Of a stretch of 64,000 nt of DNA, positions 43,728 to 53,485 are shown piece by piece. Source of the DNA: Actinomycetes bacterium (GTDB lineage Bacteria > Actinomycetota > Acidimicrobiia > Acidimicrobiales > Microtrichaceae); the NCBI GenBank assembly GCA_029782335.1, contig JAKOVA010000182.1, positions 27,221 to 91,220 of the forward strand, read 5' to 3'. Each line of letters begins with the position of its first letter. Within the stretch, counting starts at the first letter, position 1. The notes below the pieces were generated by a model that was not told the origin of the DNA, made no database searches, and worked only from the letters and a program-made list of their open reading frames with translations. A program made the position numbers and the translations under genes.

Positions 43728-45878
43728 ATGCGAGGTCTGCGTCGTGTCTGTGCCGTGGGAGCGGCTGTTGCGCTCGTCGTTTCGGCATGTTCGACCTCGG
43801 ACGATGATCGGGGGTCTGCGTCTTCGACGACCTCATCTCCGCCCCCGGCGCTGAAGGCCATCGGGGCGGACGACGCCGCTGCGCTGAGCGCACAACTCGA
43901 TGCGGCACCGGGCTGCGACCCGCTCGACACCGCGGCATGTCTCCTTCCCTTCCCCTCGAACCGTTTCACCGTCGCCGACGCGGACATGGCGTCGGGTCGG
44001 CGGGTGGCGCTTCCGCCAGGGCAGCTCGCGAACACGTCTGGTTCCACGCTCGACCCGACGCAGTGGAATCGCAACGACGGATTCAGCCCCGGCACCCCGG
44101 TACTCGCGCATTTCGAGAACGTCGATCTCGACGCCTCCAAGCTGCCCCGACAGGGTGACATCGGGGCGTCGATGGAGCCTGACTCGGGATCGGTGGTCGT
44201 CGACGCCGACACCGGGAAGCGACTCGCGCACTGGGTCGAACTGGACGCGAGCGCTCCGGACCCAGCCCATCAGCTCCTCATCCTCCACCCCGCCGCGGCG
44301 TTCCCCGAGGGGCACCGGATCGTCGTCGGATTCCGTGGGCTGGTGTCGACGGATGGCGCCGACATCGACGCGCCCCTCGCGTTCCGGGCGTATCGGGATT
44401 CGTTGGACACGCAACTCGAGGCCATCGAATCCCAACGCGACGAAATGGAGCGAGGCTTCTCGGCGCTGCGCGCCGCCGGAGTCGAGCGAGGGAAGCTCAC
44501 GCTGGCGTGGACCTTCACGATCGCGTCGGGACGCAACCTGTCCGAACGCATCCTGACCATGCGCGATGACGCCGTCGAGCGGCTGGGCGACAAGGCCCCG
44601 GCCTTCACCGTCGGCGAGGTCGTGACCGACCCGGGTGAACTCCGCCCGGGCATCGCACGTGAGGTGCATGGCACCTTCCGTGTGCCGTCGTACCTCGAGG
44701 GTGACGGTTCGCCGGGGAGTTCGATGCACTACGACGCCGAGGGTCGGCTCCCCGCGTACGCCGGCTACGACTACACGGCGGACTTCACGTGTCAGGTGCC
44801 GACGAGCGCGGCCGACGGAACGAAGAAGGCCCGCATGGTCGTCTACGGCCACGGCCTGCTGGGGGGTCGTGGCGAGGTCGAGAACTCCCAGGTCGCGAAG
44901 ATCGCTTCGACCAACACGATGGTGTATTGCGCGACCGACTGGATCGGGATGAGCTCCGCCGACATCGGCAACGCGGTGAAGATCCTCGGCAACATCTCCT
45001 CGTTCTCAACGCTGCCCGACCGTGGGCAGCAGGGGATCCTCAACACGCTGATGCTGGCTCGGCTCATGATCCGCCCAGACGGACTCGGATCGAACCCGGC
45101 CTTCCAAGGACCCGACGGTGCATCGGTCGTCGACGGCGACGAGGCGTACTTCGACGGCAACAGTCAGGGAGCGCTCATGGGCGGCGCCGCGACCGCAGTG
45201 GCCCAAGACTGGACCAAAGCGGTGCTCGGCGTTGCGAGCATGGACTACAGCATCTTGCTGTCGCGCTCGGTCGACTTCACCAAGTATTTCGCCGTGATGG
45301 ACGCCGCGTACCCGGCCCGGATCGACCAGCAGCTCATCTACGGCCTGTTGCAGATGCTGTGGGATCGCATCGAGATCGACGGCTACGCGCAACACCTCAC
45401 GAGGGATCCGTACCCGAAGACCCCGAAGCATCAGGTCGTCCTCGATGTCGCCTTCGGTGACCACCAGGTCGCGAACGTGACTTCTGAGATGGAGGCGCGC
45501 ACCATCGGAGCGGCGATTCGCCAGCCCGCACTCGCTGCTGGCCGGCACCCGGACGCGAAGCCGTACTACGGGCTGACGCCACCCAAGAAGTATCCAACGG
45601 ATCAGTCGCTGCTGGTCTATTGGGACTCCGGGACGCTGCCCCCGCCGGAGGCGAACATCACGCCGACGGCGACCGACGAGTACCGCAGCACCTGTGGCGG
45701 ACTGAGCGAGGACGAGATCGACCTCAACGCGAAATGCGCCGACTCCCACGAGAACCCCCGACGGGCTCCCGGGTCGATCCGCCAGAAGGACGCGTTGTTC
45801 CGCCCGGACGGCAAGGCGATCGATCCGTGCGACGGAAAGCCGTGCACGGCGGAGCTCCGCGAGACGCTCGACTACTGA
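43728..45878 (+). CDS. large secreted lipoprotein, probable alpha/beta-hydrolase fold
   Basis: ORF 43695..45878 trimmed to MRGLRRVCAVGAAVALVVSAC (lipobox). GNSQG nucleophile-elbow-like motif and VVYGHGLLG. Family not recognised. Confidence 0.7.
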   Translation: MRGLRRVCAVGAAVALVVSACSTSDDDRGSASSTTSSPPPALKAIGADDAAALSAQLDAAPGCDPLDTAACLLPFPSNRFTVADADMASGRRVALPPGQLANTSGSTLDPTQWNRNDGFSPGTPVLAHFENVDLDASKLPRQGDIGASMEPDSGSVVVDADTGKRLAHWVELDASAPDPAHQLLILHPAAAFPEGHRIVVGFRGLVSTDGADIDAPLAFRAYRDSLDTQLEAIESQRDEMERGFSALRAAGVERGKLTLAWTFTIASGRNLSERILTMRDDAVERLGDKAPAFTVGEVVTDPGELRPGIAREVHGTFRVPSYLEGDGSPGSSMHYDAEGRLPAYAGYDYTADFTCQVPTSAADGTKKARMVVYGHGLLGGRGEVENSQVAKIASTNTMVYCATDWIGMSSADIGNAVKILGNISSFSTLPDRGQQGILNTLMLARLMIRPDGLGSNPAFQGPDGASVVDGDEAYFDGNSQGALMGGAATAVAQDWTKAVLGVASMDYSILLSRSVDFTKYFAVMDAAYPARIDQQLIYGLLQMLWDRIEIDGYAQHLTRDPYPKTPKHQVVLDVAFGDHQVANVTSEMEARTIGAAIRQPALAAGRHPDAKPYYGLTPPKKYPTDQSLLVYWDSGTLPPPEANITPTATDEYRSTCGGLSEDEIDLNAKCADSHENPRRAPGSIRQKDALFRPDGKAIDPCDGKPCTAELRETLDY

Positions 45879-45884
45879 GCGGAT

Positions 45885-45922
45885 CCTGACCGTGGGGCCC
45901 GGGTTCGGGTCCCGCGGTCAGG
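45885..45922. terminator. imperfect GC-rich hairpin between convergent genes (bidirectional terminator candidate)
   Basis: CCTGACCGTGGGGCCCG / CGGGTCCCGCGGTCAGG arms with two mismatches. Starts 7 nt after the stop at 45878 and overlaps the stop of the minus-strand crotonase gene. Confidence 0.5.
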
Positions 45923-46634
45923 CTTCGACGTCGAACAGGCTGAGATCCGCCCGGAGGCCGTCGCTCAACTCGTCGTTGAGCGCACCACGAAGGTTGCGCC
46001 GTGTCGCCCGGAACGGGCCCGGCTGCACGCGCGCGGCGAGGTCGGTTGCGACCTCTACCGCACGGGCCAGGACGCGATCCGCGGCCACGACCTCGTCGAG
46101 GAACCCTGCTTCGGCGGCCTGCGCGGGGCTACAGATTTCGGCCGTCTGCAAGCAGCGGTTGAACCAGTGCGAGGACAAGCGATCTCGGCACAACCCGACG
46201 GCGAAGCCGGGTACCGGCATCCCGATTGCGACCTCGTTGAGGCCGATCTTGAAGGGGCCGTCGGCGCCGACGCGATAGTCGGCGGCGGTGGTGAGGATCG
46301 CACCCATGGCGAGGGCATGCCCGGTGACCCCCAACACCACGGGAACGGGCGACATGAAGATCTGGAGGGCCAACTCGGCACCCGCGCCGAGGAGGCGTCG
46401 AGCGTCACCGATGTCGCCGCCGGTCATCACCGAGAGGTCGAATCCCGCGGAGAAGCGCCCTTCGCGCCCGGCGAGCACGCAGGCCTTCGACTCGCCGGAC
46501 GCACCTTCGAGTGCGGCAGAGAGCTGCTCGAGCAGGGCGAAGGAGAGCGCGTTGGCCTTGCCGTCGTCGGCGGTGATGACGGCGACGTCGCCCTCGAACG
46601 TGGTCGTCACGACAGGAATGGAGGAGGCGGACAT
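45918..46634 (-). CDS. enoyl-CoA hydratase/isomerase family protein
   Basis: 238-aa ORF. Crotonase-type segment GREGRFSAGFDLSVM and GHALAMGAIL. Confidence 0.85.
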   Translation of the reverse strand: MSASSIPVVTTTFEGDVAVITADDGKANALSFALLEQLSAALEGASGESKACVLAGREGRFSAGFDLSVMTGGDIGDARRLLGAGAELALQIFMSPVPVVLGVTGHALAMGAILTTAADYRVGADGPFKIGLNEVAIGMPVPGFAVGLCRDRLSSHWFNRCLQTAEICSPAQAAEAGFLDEVVAADRVLARAVEVATDLAARVQPGPFRATRRNLRGALNDELSDGLRADLSLFDVEA

Positions 46635-46649
46635 GGCCGAGGAGGCTAG

Positions 46650-46692
46650 ACGACTGTTGCCCTGACGCTTGCGGCGTCAGGGCAACAGTCGT
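46650..46692 (-). terminator. perfect 19-bp stem hairpin (terminator candidate for the pentapeptide-repeat gene)
   Basis: ACGACTGTTGCCCTGACGC-TTGCG-GCGTCAGGGCAACAGTCGT. Starts 8 nt downstream of the stop at 46700 on the minus strand. No U-tract. Confidence 0.6.
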
Positions 46693-46699
46693 GCGAATG

Positions 46700-48004
46700 T
46701 CAGATCGACTCGAAGCAGGGGTTGGAACCGCTCCCGGCGGACCCGTCGGGGCAGATGGCGTCGGTGAAGTTGTGGATGCCGCTCCACGTCGAACCACTCC
46801 AACCGCCGGAGCCGAAATCGGTCTCGACCCATCCCGATCCGAAGGGTCCGCCGACGGTGCTGATACCGGTGGTGGTGGCTCCCTGGAAGTTCGCGTAGGA
46901 GAAGTCGCCGGACTCGAAGACCGCACCGGTGAGATCCGCGTTGCGGAAATCAACGCCCGACGGGGCCAGCGGATCGTTCTGAGCGAAACCCACGTAGTAG
47001 GGCGGGCCCCAGCTCAGGAACTGCTCGGCGATCGCGTCCTCGCCGCCGAAGCGTGCACCCTGCAGGTTGGCACCGTTGAAGCTCAGCCCGTAGCGGGGGA
47101 GATACGGCCATCCATCCCCGGAGTAGTCGGCGCACGAGTTGAAGCGGCTGCTGCCGATGAACTTCGAGTCGCTGAGGTCGGAGGCGCCAAATTCGCTCTG
47201 ACACATCGAGGCAGCGATCCAGGTGGTGTTACTGAAGTCGGCGTTGGTGTTGTCCCAGTGCTGCATCGCGAACTGGATGAACGTCGCGTTGTGGAACCTG
47301 CCCCCTGCCATCGACAGGCAGCCGTACCACGGTGACTCACGGAAGTCGAAGGTGGCGTCTTCGAAGTCACCCACCCGGAGGTCGAGGCCGCGGATCTCGG
47401 TGCCGGTGAACACGGCACCCTTGAAGCTCGTCTGCGCGTCGGTGCGCACGCTGCGGTTGCCTGACTGTGGCCCGTAGGACGGACCGCACCACGGTTCGCC
47501 GCGGTCGTTCCAGGCTTGCGAGCCGGCGCCGACACCGTCAGAGGGGGCGCGCGTCCCGCCGCCCCCGGTGCCTCCGATGATGGGGCGCGGCGCATCCCAG
47601 AGCTCGGTGTGGAAGAGGATCGCCCCGATCAACAGCGCCCCGAAGAGGAGGGCGCCGGAGAGGTTCGCGTTGGTGAGGTTGGCGCCGGAGAGGTTCGCCC
47701 CCGTGAGGTTCGCCGACTGCATCTGCGCGTCCGTCAGGTTCGCGCCGGTCAGGTTGATCCCGGTGAGGTTTGCTCCCCGCAGATCGATCCCGGTGAGGTC
47801 GAGGCCGCTCAGGTCGGTGATGCCGAGGGCGCTCAGGTTGCAGCCGGCGAGGCTCGCCCCGGCAACCACGTTGGGCGTCATCGTGCAGTCGGCGCCGAGC
47901 GTGATGTTCGGACTCGGACCACCGCTGCCCGGCAGCGGTCCGCATCCGACGGCCAACAGCGCCGCCAGCGCCCCCACGAACCACACTGTCACCCGTCGGT
48001 TCAT
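46700..48004 (-). CDS. secreted pentapeptide-repeat lipoprotein
   Basis: Lipobox LLAVGCG. Long run of A(N/D)L(T/S)G-type pentapeptides (ANLTGINLTGANLTDAQMQSANLTGANLSGANLTNANLSGA). A second, more degenerate repeat region lies in the C-terminal half. Confidence 0.8.
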   Translation of the reverse strand: MNRRVTVWFVGALAALLAVGCGPLPGSGGPSPNITLGADCTMTPNVVAGASLAGCNLSALGITDLSGLDLTGIDLRGANLTGINLTGANLTDAQMQSANLTGANLSGANLTNANLSGALLFGALLIGAILFHTELWDAPRPIIGGTGGGGTRAPSDGVGAGSQAWNDRGEPWCGPSYGPQSGNRSVRTDAQTSFKGAVFTGTEIRGLDLRVGDFEDATFDFRESPWYGCLSMAGGRFHNATFIQFAMQHWDNTNADFSNTTWIAASMCQSEFGASDLSDSKFIGSSRFNSCADYSGDGWPYLPRYGLSFNGANLQGARFGGEDAIAEQFLSWGPPYYVGFAQNDPLAPSGVDFRNADLTGAVFESGDFSYANFQGATTTGISTVGGPFGSGWVETDFGSGGWSGSTWSGIHNFTDAICPDGSAGSGSNPCFESI

Positions 48005-48078
48005 CTCAACCCCCCTGAGATCATGAAGTTCAGTGATGGTAACGGAGGGATCGGGGCGGCGACGATTCCACCGGGCGC

Positions 48079-50115
48079 ATGGGATCGGACAGACTGACGA
48101 ACGTGGATGCTCCGGCCGAGGCGCTGGCCCGCTTCGGTGACGGGCGGCTGACGCACCTGCCCGGCCTCGATGGGGTCCGTGGGCTCGCGGTGATCGCCGT
48201 GTTGCTGTTCCACGGGAACTTCACCTGGATGTCGGGTGGCTATCTCGGGGTGTCGTTGTTCTTCACCCTTTCGGGATTTCTCATCACTTCGCTCCTCGTC
48301 ACCGAGCATCGCAGCGACGGGTCGATCAAGCTCGGGGCCTTCTGGGGCCGACGATTCCGCCGACTGCTTCCCGCCGCATGGCTCACGATCGGCGCGGTCA
48401 TCGTGGTGGTGGCAGCGGTCGGCGACGCGGTCGACGTCGAAAAGCTTCGTGGAGACGTCTGGGCATCGGTCGCCCAAGTGGCGAACTGGCGGTTCCTGTT
48501 CGCCGGCACCAGCTACGGGGACCTCTTCCGCGCTCCGTCGCCGCTGCTGCACTTCTGGAGCCTCGCGATCGAGGAACAGTTCTACGTCGTCTTCCCCCTC
48601 GTGGTCGCCTGGGCGCTGGCGCTGGCGACCCGTCGTCGCGGTCGGCCGGAGCGATTCCTCACGGTTCTGCTCAGTGCGGGAGCGGTGGTCTCGTTCCTGG
48701 TTCCGATCCTGGGTGACCTCAGCGTTGACCGGACCTACTACGGGACCGACACGCGTGCGGGCGAGTTGCTGGTGGGGTGTCTTCTCGCACTGGTGTTCGC
48801 CAAGCCGGCGGTGCGGACCGCGTTGGCCAATCGGTTCTGGCCGCGGCTGATCGTGGCGCTCGGTGGCGTGGTGGCGCTCGTCGTGTGCGTCACGCTGTGG
48901 GTCGTCCTCGAGAAGGCGGACCCGGCGCTCACCAGCGGTGTCCTCCCGTTACATGCGGTCGCTGCCGCGGTGCTGATCGCTGCCGCGGCGCTGCCGATGG
49001 GGCCGGTCCGGGCGCTGTGCGGCTGGTCACCGCTGCAATGGCTCGGGAGGGTCTCCTATGCCGTCTACCTGTTCCACTGGCCACTGTTGAGTTTCCTGAC
49101 CAAAGATCGGACGCACCTGCCGCAGATCCCGCGCTTCGCGCTGGTCATGATCCTGTCGTTGGGTCTGGCGGAGCTGAGTCGTCGGTACATCGAGGCGCCG
49201 ATTCGGGAGCGCCGGGGCACCTTCGGGATCCGGACGCTCCAACCGCGAGCGGTTGCGCCACTTGTCGTGATCGCCCTCATCGGCGGGCCGTTGCTCGTCT
49301 CGAGCGACGGCCGTGATCGGCCCGGCTTCGACGTCGACGCCGCGCACCGAGATCTTGAACGCCTCCAGCGGGAGAACGCGGCATCCGCGCCGACCACCCG
49401 ACCCACCACGCCCGAGACGCCTCCGATCCCCAGGATCGCTCCCTTCGGGGATTCGGTCGCGCTGTCCCTCGGGCTCGTCATGGGCCTGTGGGAGCGTGAG
49501 ACCCACGAAGTCACCGGCGTGTTGGGAATCGCCGAGCTGGGGTGCGGCATCGCCCGCTACGGCCAACGGAAGGTCGTGGGCATCGAGGACACGAGGCCGG
49601 AGTGCGACAACTGGGAGCAAACCTGGAAGGCGCAGCTTCGGGTCTCGCGACCGGACGTCGCGTTGGTGTTCTCCCAATGGGAACTCGCCGACCGTCGTGT
49701 GCCCACCGTCCCGGGGTGGGGCCATGTCGGTGAAGCGCGAATCGACGAGTACTTCACCCAGGAGTTCCTTGCCGCGACCGACCTGCTGTCCGCCGACGGT
49801 GCGCTCGTGATCTGGCTGACCGTGCCGTATTTCGGGAGCGCGATCGACGATCAGCTGAGCCCCGACCAGCGGCGTGCCCACGAACCGGAACGGGTCGACG
49901 CGCTCAACGCGATCATCCGCAAGGTCGTCGAACAACGCCCCGAGACCACTCGGCTGATCGACCTCGCGGCCTGGATGAAGCCGCGGACCGAGGATCGCAC
50001 CCTCCGCAAGGACGGTGAGCACTTCAACTTCAGCTCGGAGGACTACGTCGCTCGTGACTTCCTCGGCCCGGCGGTCGTCGCGACCTGGAAGGACTGGTGG
50101 CTCGAGCGTCACTGA
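48079..50115 (+). CDS. acyltransferase family 3 membrane protein fused to a C-terminal SGNH-like domain (OafA/PatA-type architecture)
   Basis: LDGVRGLAVIAVLLFH start of the AT3 domain. About 10 TM segments. Extracytoplasmic C-terminal domain of about 250 aa containing GDSVALSLG. Confidence 0.85.
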   Translation: MGSDRLTNVDAPAEALARFGDGRLTHLPGLDGVRGLAVIAVLLFHGNFTWMSGGYLGVSLFFTLSGFLITSLLVTEHRSDGSIKLGAFWGRRFRRLLPAAWLTIGAVIVVVAAVGDAVDVEKLRGDVWASVAQVANWRFLFAGTSYGDLFRAPSPLLHFWSLAIEEQFYVVFPLVVAWALALATRRRGRPERFLTVLLSAGAVVSFLVPILGDLSVDRTYYGTDTRAGELLVGCLLALVFAKPAVRTALANRFWPRLIVALGGVVALVVCVTLWVVLEKADPALTSGVLPLHAVAAAVLIAAAALPMGPVRALCGWSPLQWLGRVSYAVYLFHWPLLSFLTKDRTHLPQIPRFALVMILSLGLAELSRRYIEAPIRERRGTFGIRTLQPRAVAPLVVIALIGGPLLVSSDGRDRPGFDVDAAHRDLERLQRENAASAPTTRPTTPETPPIPRIAPFGDSVALSLGLVMGLWERETHEVTGVLGIAELGCGIARYGQRKVVGIEDTRPECDNWEQTWKAQLRVSRPDVALVFSQWELADRRVPTVPGWGHVGEARIDEYFTQEFLAATDLLSADGALVIWLTVPYFGSAIDDQLSPDQRRAHEPERVDALNAIIRKVVEQRPETTRLIDLAAWMKPRTEDRTLRKDGEHFNFSSEDYVARDFLGPAVVATWKDWWLERH

Positions 50116-50222
50116 GACCCCGCAGTGTGGTGCGGGATCGCTCGAATGGACTCCCGGCGGTGGCGGTGGCCCGCTCGCGTGGCGGTCGCTGGCCTGGCGC
50201 GGACAGTTCGTAAACTCGCGCC

Positions 50223-52019
50223 GTGATCCTCGTTGACGCGCAGGCCGTGTCCTGTTCGCGCCCGGGACGAGCCCTCTTCGACGATCTGTCGCTCACGATC
50301 AGCACCGGTGACCGGTTGGGGATCGTCGGGATCAACGGGACCGGCAAGTCAACCCTGCTTCGGGTACTCGCAGGTCGGACTCCTCCGGAGTCCGGGGTCG
50401 TCCGGCAGGGTCGGAATGTCCGGGTCGCGTTGTTGGATCAGGTTCCGGAGCTGCTCGGCGACACGGTCGGCGCCGCGGCCGGCGGCTCGTGGGAATCCGC
50501 GGAAGTGCTCGAGCGTCTCGGCATGGGTGGGTTGGCCGATCGGCGTGTCGATCAGCTCTCGGGCGGGCAGGCGAAGCGCACCGCGCTCGCTGCGGCGCTG
50601 ACCCACGACAGCGACCTGATGCTCCTCGACGAACCGACCAACCACCTCGACATCGACGCGATCGCGTGGCTCGAGGATCGGTTGAGCGGCTACCGCGGCG
50701 GCCTCGTGCTGGTCACCCACGACCGTCACCTCCTGGACCGCCTGACGACCCGGATCCTCGAGTTGGACCGTGGCGCCTCCTACGTGCACGAGGGTGGGTA
50801 CAGCTCCTACCTCGAGGGGCGCGCCGAGCGAGCGGTCCGTGCCGCGGAGGCCGATGAGCGGCGTCGAAACATCGCCAGGCGGGAGCTCGCGTGGCTCCGT
50901 CGAGGTGCTCCGGCCCGGACCTCCAAACCGAAGGCGCACCTCGATCGCGCCGCTGCGGCAGTGGCGGTGCGTCCGGAAGCCGCAGCCCGGGCCGGTGATC
51001 TGAACCTCCATTTCGGGACCCCCCGCCTCGGTGACGTGGTTGTCGAACTCCACGGGGTCGGCCATCGATTCGAGGGCGGCCCTTGGCTGTTCCGCGATAC
51101 GGAGATGGCGCTGGATCCGCGCGAGCGGCTCGGGATTGTCGGACCGAACGGTGCCGGGAAGTCGACGCTCCTCGACATCATCGCCGGGTCGCTGTCGCCG
51201 ACGGAAGGGTCTCGCATCGAAGGGACGACCGCCCAGATCGCGGTGTTCGACCAGCGCGGTCGTGATCTCGATCCGAACCAGCGGGTACGGGACGCGGTGG
51301 TGGGCGAGCACCGCAGCCCCGATTGGCAGGACGCCGCGCTGATGGAGGCGTTCTGGTTCGACACCGACGCACAGTGGGCGGAGATCGGCACCCTCTCGGG
51401 CGGTGAGCGCCGGAGGCTTCAGCTGCTCCTGACCCTCGCCGCTCGTCCGAACGTCCTGTTGCTGGATGAGCCGACCAACGACCTCGACCTCGACACGCTC
51501 CGGTCGCTCGAAGAGTTCCTTGCGGAGTGGCCCGGCGCGCTCGTGGTCGTGAGCCACGACCGTGCCTTCCTCGAACGCACCGTTGCCGACGTCGTCGTGA
51601 TGGACGGCGGGGGTTCCGTCGCCCGCCGCCCCGGCGGGCTTGCGTCGTGGGAGCGTGAGCGACGGGCGATGCGCACGCGGCGGGGCGGCGGCATCGTCCT
51701 CGAGGCGCAGGGGGCCGGCGAGACCACCTCCGTGCAGAAACCGGCACCGCGTGAGCCCGCGACGGCGCCCGCGATGAGCCCGAGCACGCTCCGCCACCGG
51801 ATGCGCGCCGCCACACGGGAGATGCGTGAGTTGCACGACCGCCGGAGCGAACTCGAAGCGGAACTCGCGAGCGCCGCTTCGGATCCGGGGGGTCACGAAC
51901 GGCTCGCTGCGCTCGGCTCGGATCTCGCCGCGCTCAGCGACGAACTCGCAACGGTTGAGGAACGGTGGCTGACGCTCGCCGCGGAAGCAGAGCAACGGGG
52001 TCTCGCGGTCGACGAATGA
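50223..52019 (+). CDS. ABC-F family ATPase (two ABC domains, no TM domain)
   Basis: Two Walker A motifs (GINGTGKST, GPNGAGKST). Two signatures (LSGGQAKR, LSGGERRR). Charged linker and coiled-coil C-terminus. Confidence 0.9.
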   Translation: MILVDAQAVSCSRPGRALFDDLSLTISTGDRLGIVGINGTGKSTLLRVLAGRTPPESGVVRQGRNVRVALLDQVPELLGDTVGAAAGGSWESAEVLERLGMGGLADRRVDQLSGGQAKRTALAAALTHDSDLMLLDEPTNHLDIDAIAWLEDRLSGYRGGLVLVTHDRHLLDRLTTRILELDRGASYVHEGGYSSYLEGRAERAVRAAEADERRRNIARRELAWLRRGAPARTSKPKAHLDRAAAAVAVRPEAAARAGDLNLHFGTPRLGDVVVELHGVGHRFEGGPWLFRDTEMALDPRERLGIVGPNGAGKSTLLDIIAGSLSPTEGSRIEGTTAQIAVFDQRGRDLDPNQRVRDAVVGEHRSPDWQDAALMEAFWFDTDAQWAEIGTLSGGERRRLQLLLTLAARPNVLLLDEPTNDLDLDTLRSLEEFLAEWPGALVVVSHDRAFLERTVADVVVMDGGGSVARRPGGLASWERERRAMRTRRGGGIVLEAQGAGETTSVQKPAPREPATAPAMSPSTLRHRMRAATREMRELHDRRSELEAELASAASDPGGHERLAALGSDLAALSDELATVEERWLTLAAEAEQRGLAVDE

Positions 52020-52056
52020 GCCGCCGCGCCTGGAGCGGGCCTGGTGCCCGCGAGAC

Positions 52057-52926
52057 TCAGGCCTTCGAGCGGATGCGGGCGATGCGGGTCGCTGCGGCGC
52101 CGAGCAGGATGCAGCCGACGGCAATCACGAGCAGGCGCTGGCCTCCGAAGCCCGTCCGTGGCAGGGACTCAGCCTGGACCTCTCGATCCACGTTGCTCGG
52201 CGAGTTCGTCGCGGGAACGGTCGTGACGTCCAGCACGGAGGTGGGTACCTCGGCGATGGTGGTCGTGGGTGCCTCGGTGGTCACCACCGTGGTGGTGACG
52301 CCCTCGACCTCAGCGGTCGTGGTGGTGGTGGGAGCCTCGGTCGTCGACGGAGCGACCACCGTGGTGGTGACGCCGGCGACCGTGGTCGTTGTGGTCGAGG
52401 CGCACGTTCCGGTCGGGAAGTTCTGAATCGCCGAGTACGGGTTCAGGAACAGCAGCGGGCCGTGCATCGGGCCGGTCGTGGGCTGGATGCGGTCGGGGGT
52501 GTCGCCCGTCACGATGTCGAACTGTTGGGCCGCGCACGCGTCCTTGGTGAAGGTCACCACGGTGGTTCCCGCGGGGACCTCGAACGTGACGGCTTCGGCC
52601 TTCTGCTGAGGCCACGGCCAGAAGATGTTGTTCGGCATTGTGTAGATCGCGGCGGTGACCGGTTCGCAGATCGGGGCCTTCGCGTTGATCGTGTAGATCC
52701 ACTTGGAGCCACCGTTGTAGACGGCGCCGGTTGCGTTCAGGTTGGCTGCCGTTGCGCAGTCGGGCTGCTCCTCAGCAGGCGTCGACACGACGGTGATGTG
52801 TGTGGCCGCCTCGGCCGCTGGGGCGGGGGTCTCGGGCGGGGCGTCCTCGGCGGACACCGAGAGACTCCCGGAGACTCCGAGCACCGCTGCCGCCGTCACG
52901 AGGGTTACGAAGATGAGTTTCCGCAC
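52057..52926 (-). CDS. LPXTG-anchored cell-surface protein
   Basis: GTG start. Signal peptide. Cys-containing N-terminal domain. Thr-rich linker. C-terminal LPRTG, hydrophobic segment and a basic tail (RIARIRSKA). Confidence 0.8.
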   Translation of the reverse strand: MRKLIFVTLVTAAAVLGVSGSLSVSAEDAPPETPAPAAEAATHITVVSTPAEEQPDCATAANLNATGAVYNGGSKWIYTINAKAPICEPVTAAIYTMPNNIFWPWPQQKAEAVTFEVPAGTTVVTFTKDACAAQQFDIVTGDTPDRIQPTTGPMHGPLLFLNPYSAIQNFPTGTCASTTTTTVAGVTTTVVAPSTTEAPTTTTTAEVEGVTTTVVTTEAPTTTIAEVPTSVLDVTTVPATNSPSNVDREVQAESLPRTGFGGQRLLVIAVGCILLGAAATRIARIRSKA

Positions 52927-53040
52927 ATGGCGGAGGGTAACGCACCTGGGCGGCCGCGTCTCAATGGCAGGAAGATCCGCCCAAGGGGTTTGGGGGGATC
53001 AGCCTGGCGGTCAGAAGCGGGGCGCAGGATCCGGTGCCGT

Positions 53041-53391
53041 TCAGCCCCCTCTCGGCAGTGCCGCGTAGGGGAGCGACGGTACCCGAATTCGGGTGCGCGT
53101 CGTCGGGATGTCTGCCGCGACCGAGCCGAACCGCAACACGACGGGTTGCAGACGCGGGCCGAGGCGGTCGCCGTGACGTACTGCACTCCATCCGGCGGTC
53201 AACGCCACGACGGAGGCGGCGATGGCGCCGATGCCAGCGCCGCGGTGACTTGCCCACGCCGTCGCCGCGAGGGTGACGGTCGCCAGACCGGCGAGGAGCA
53301 ACGCCAATCCCACCCCGGCCAGCGCGACGCCGATGCGACGCCATCCGATGCCGTCGTCGAGCAGGTAGCCATCGGCGATTGGTCGCTGCAT
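53041..53391 (-). CDS. possible small membrane protein (116 aa)
   Basis: Two predicted TM segments and fairly high GC3. However, no SD is present and no family is recognised. It is the only plausible ORF in a 560-bp gap. Confidence 0.35.
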   Translation of the reverse strand: MQRPIADGYLLDDGIGWRRIGVALAGVGLALLLAGLATVTLAATAWASHRGAGIGAIAASVVALTAGWSAVRHGDRLGPRLQPVVLRFGSVAADIPTTRTRIRVPSLPYAALPRGG

Positions 53392-53485
53392 GAGGGAGTG
53401 GTCGACATCGCAGGCGAAGAACTTGAATTCCGCTTCGGATCGGGAATGGCCGATCGACCTCGCAGGTTGGGATCATGGAGCTGCC

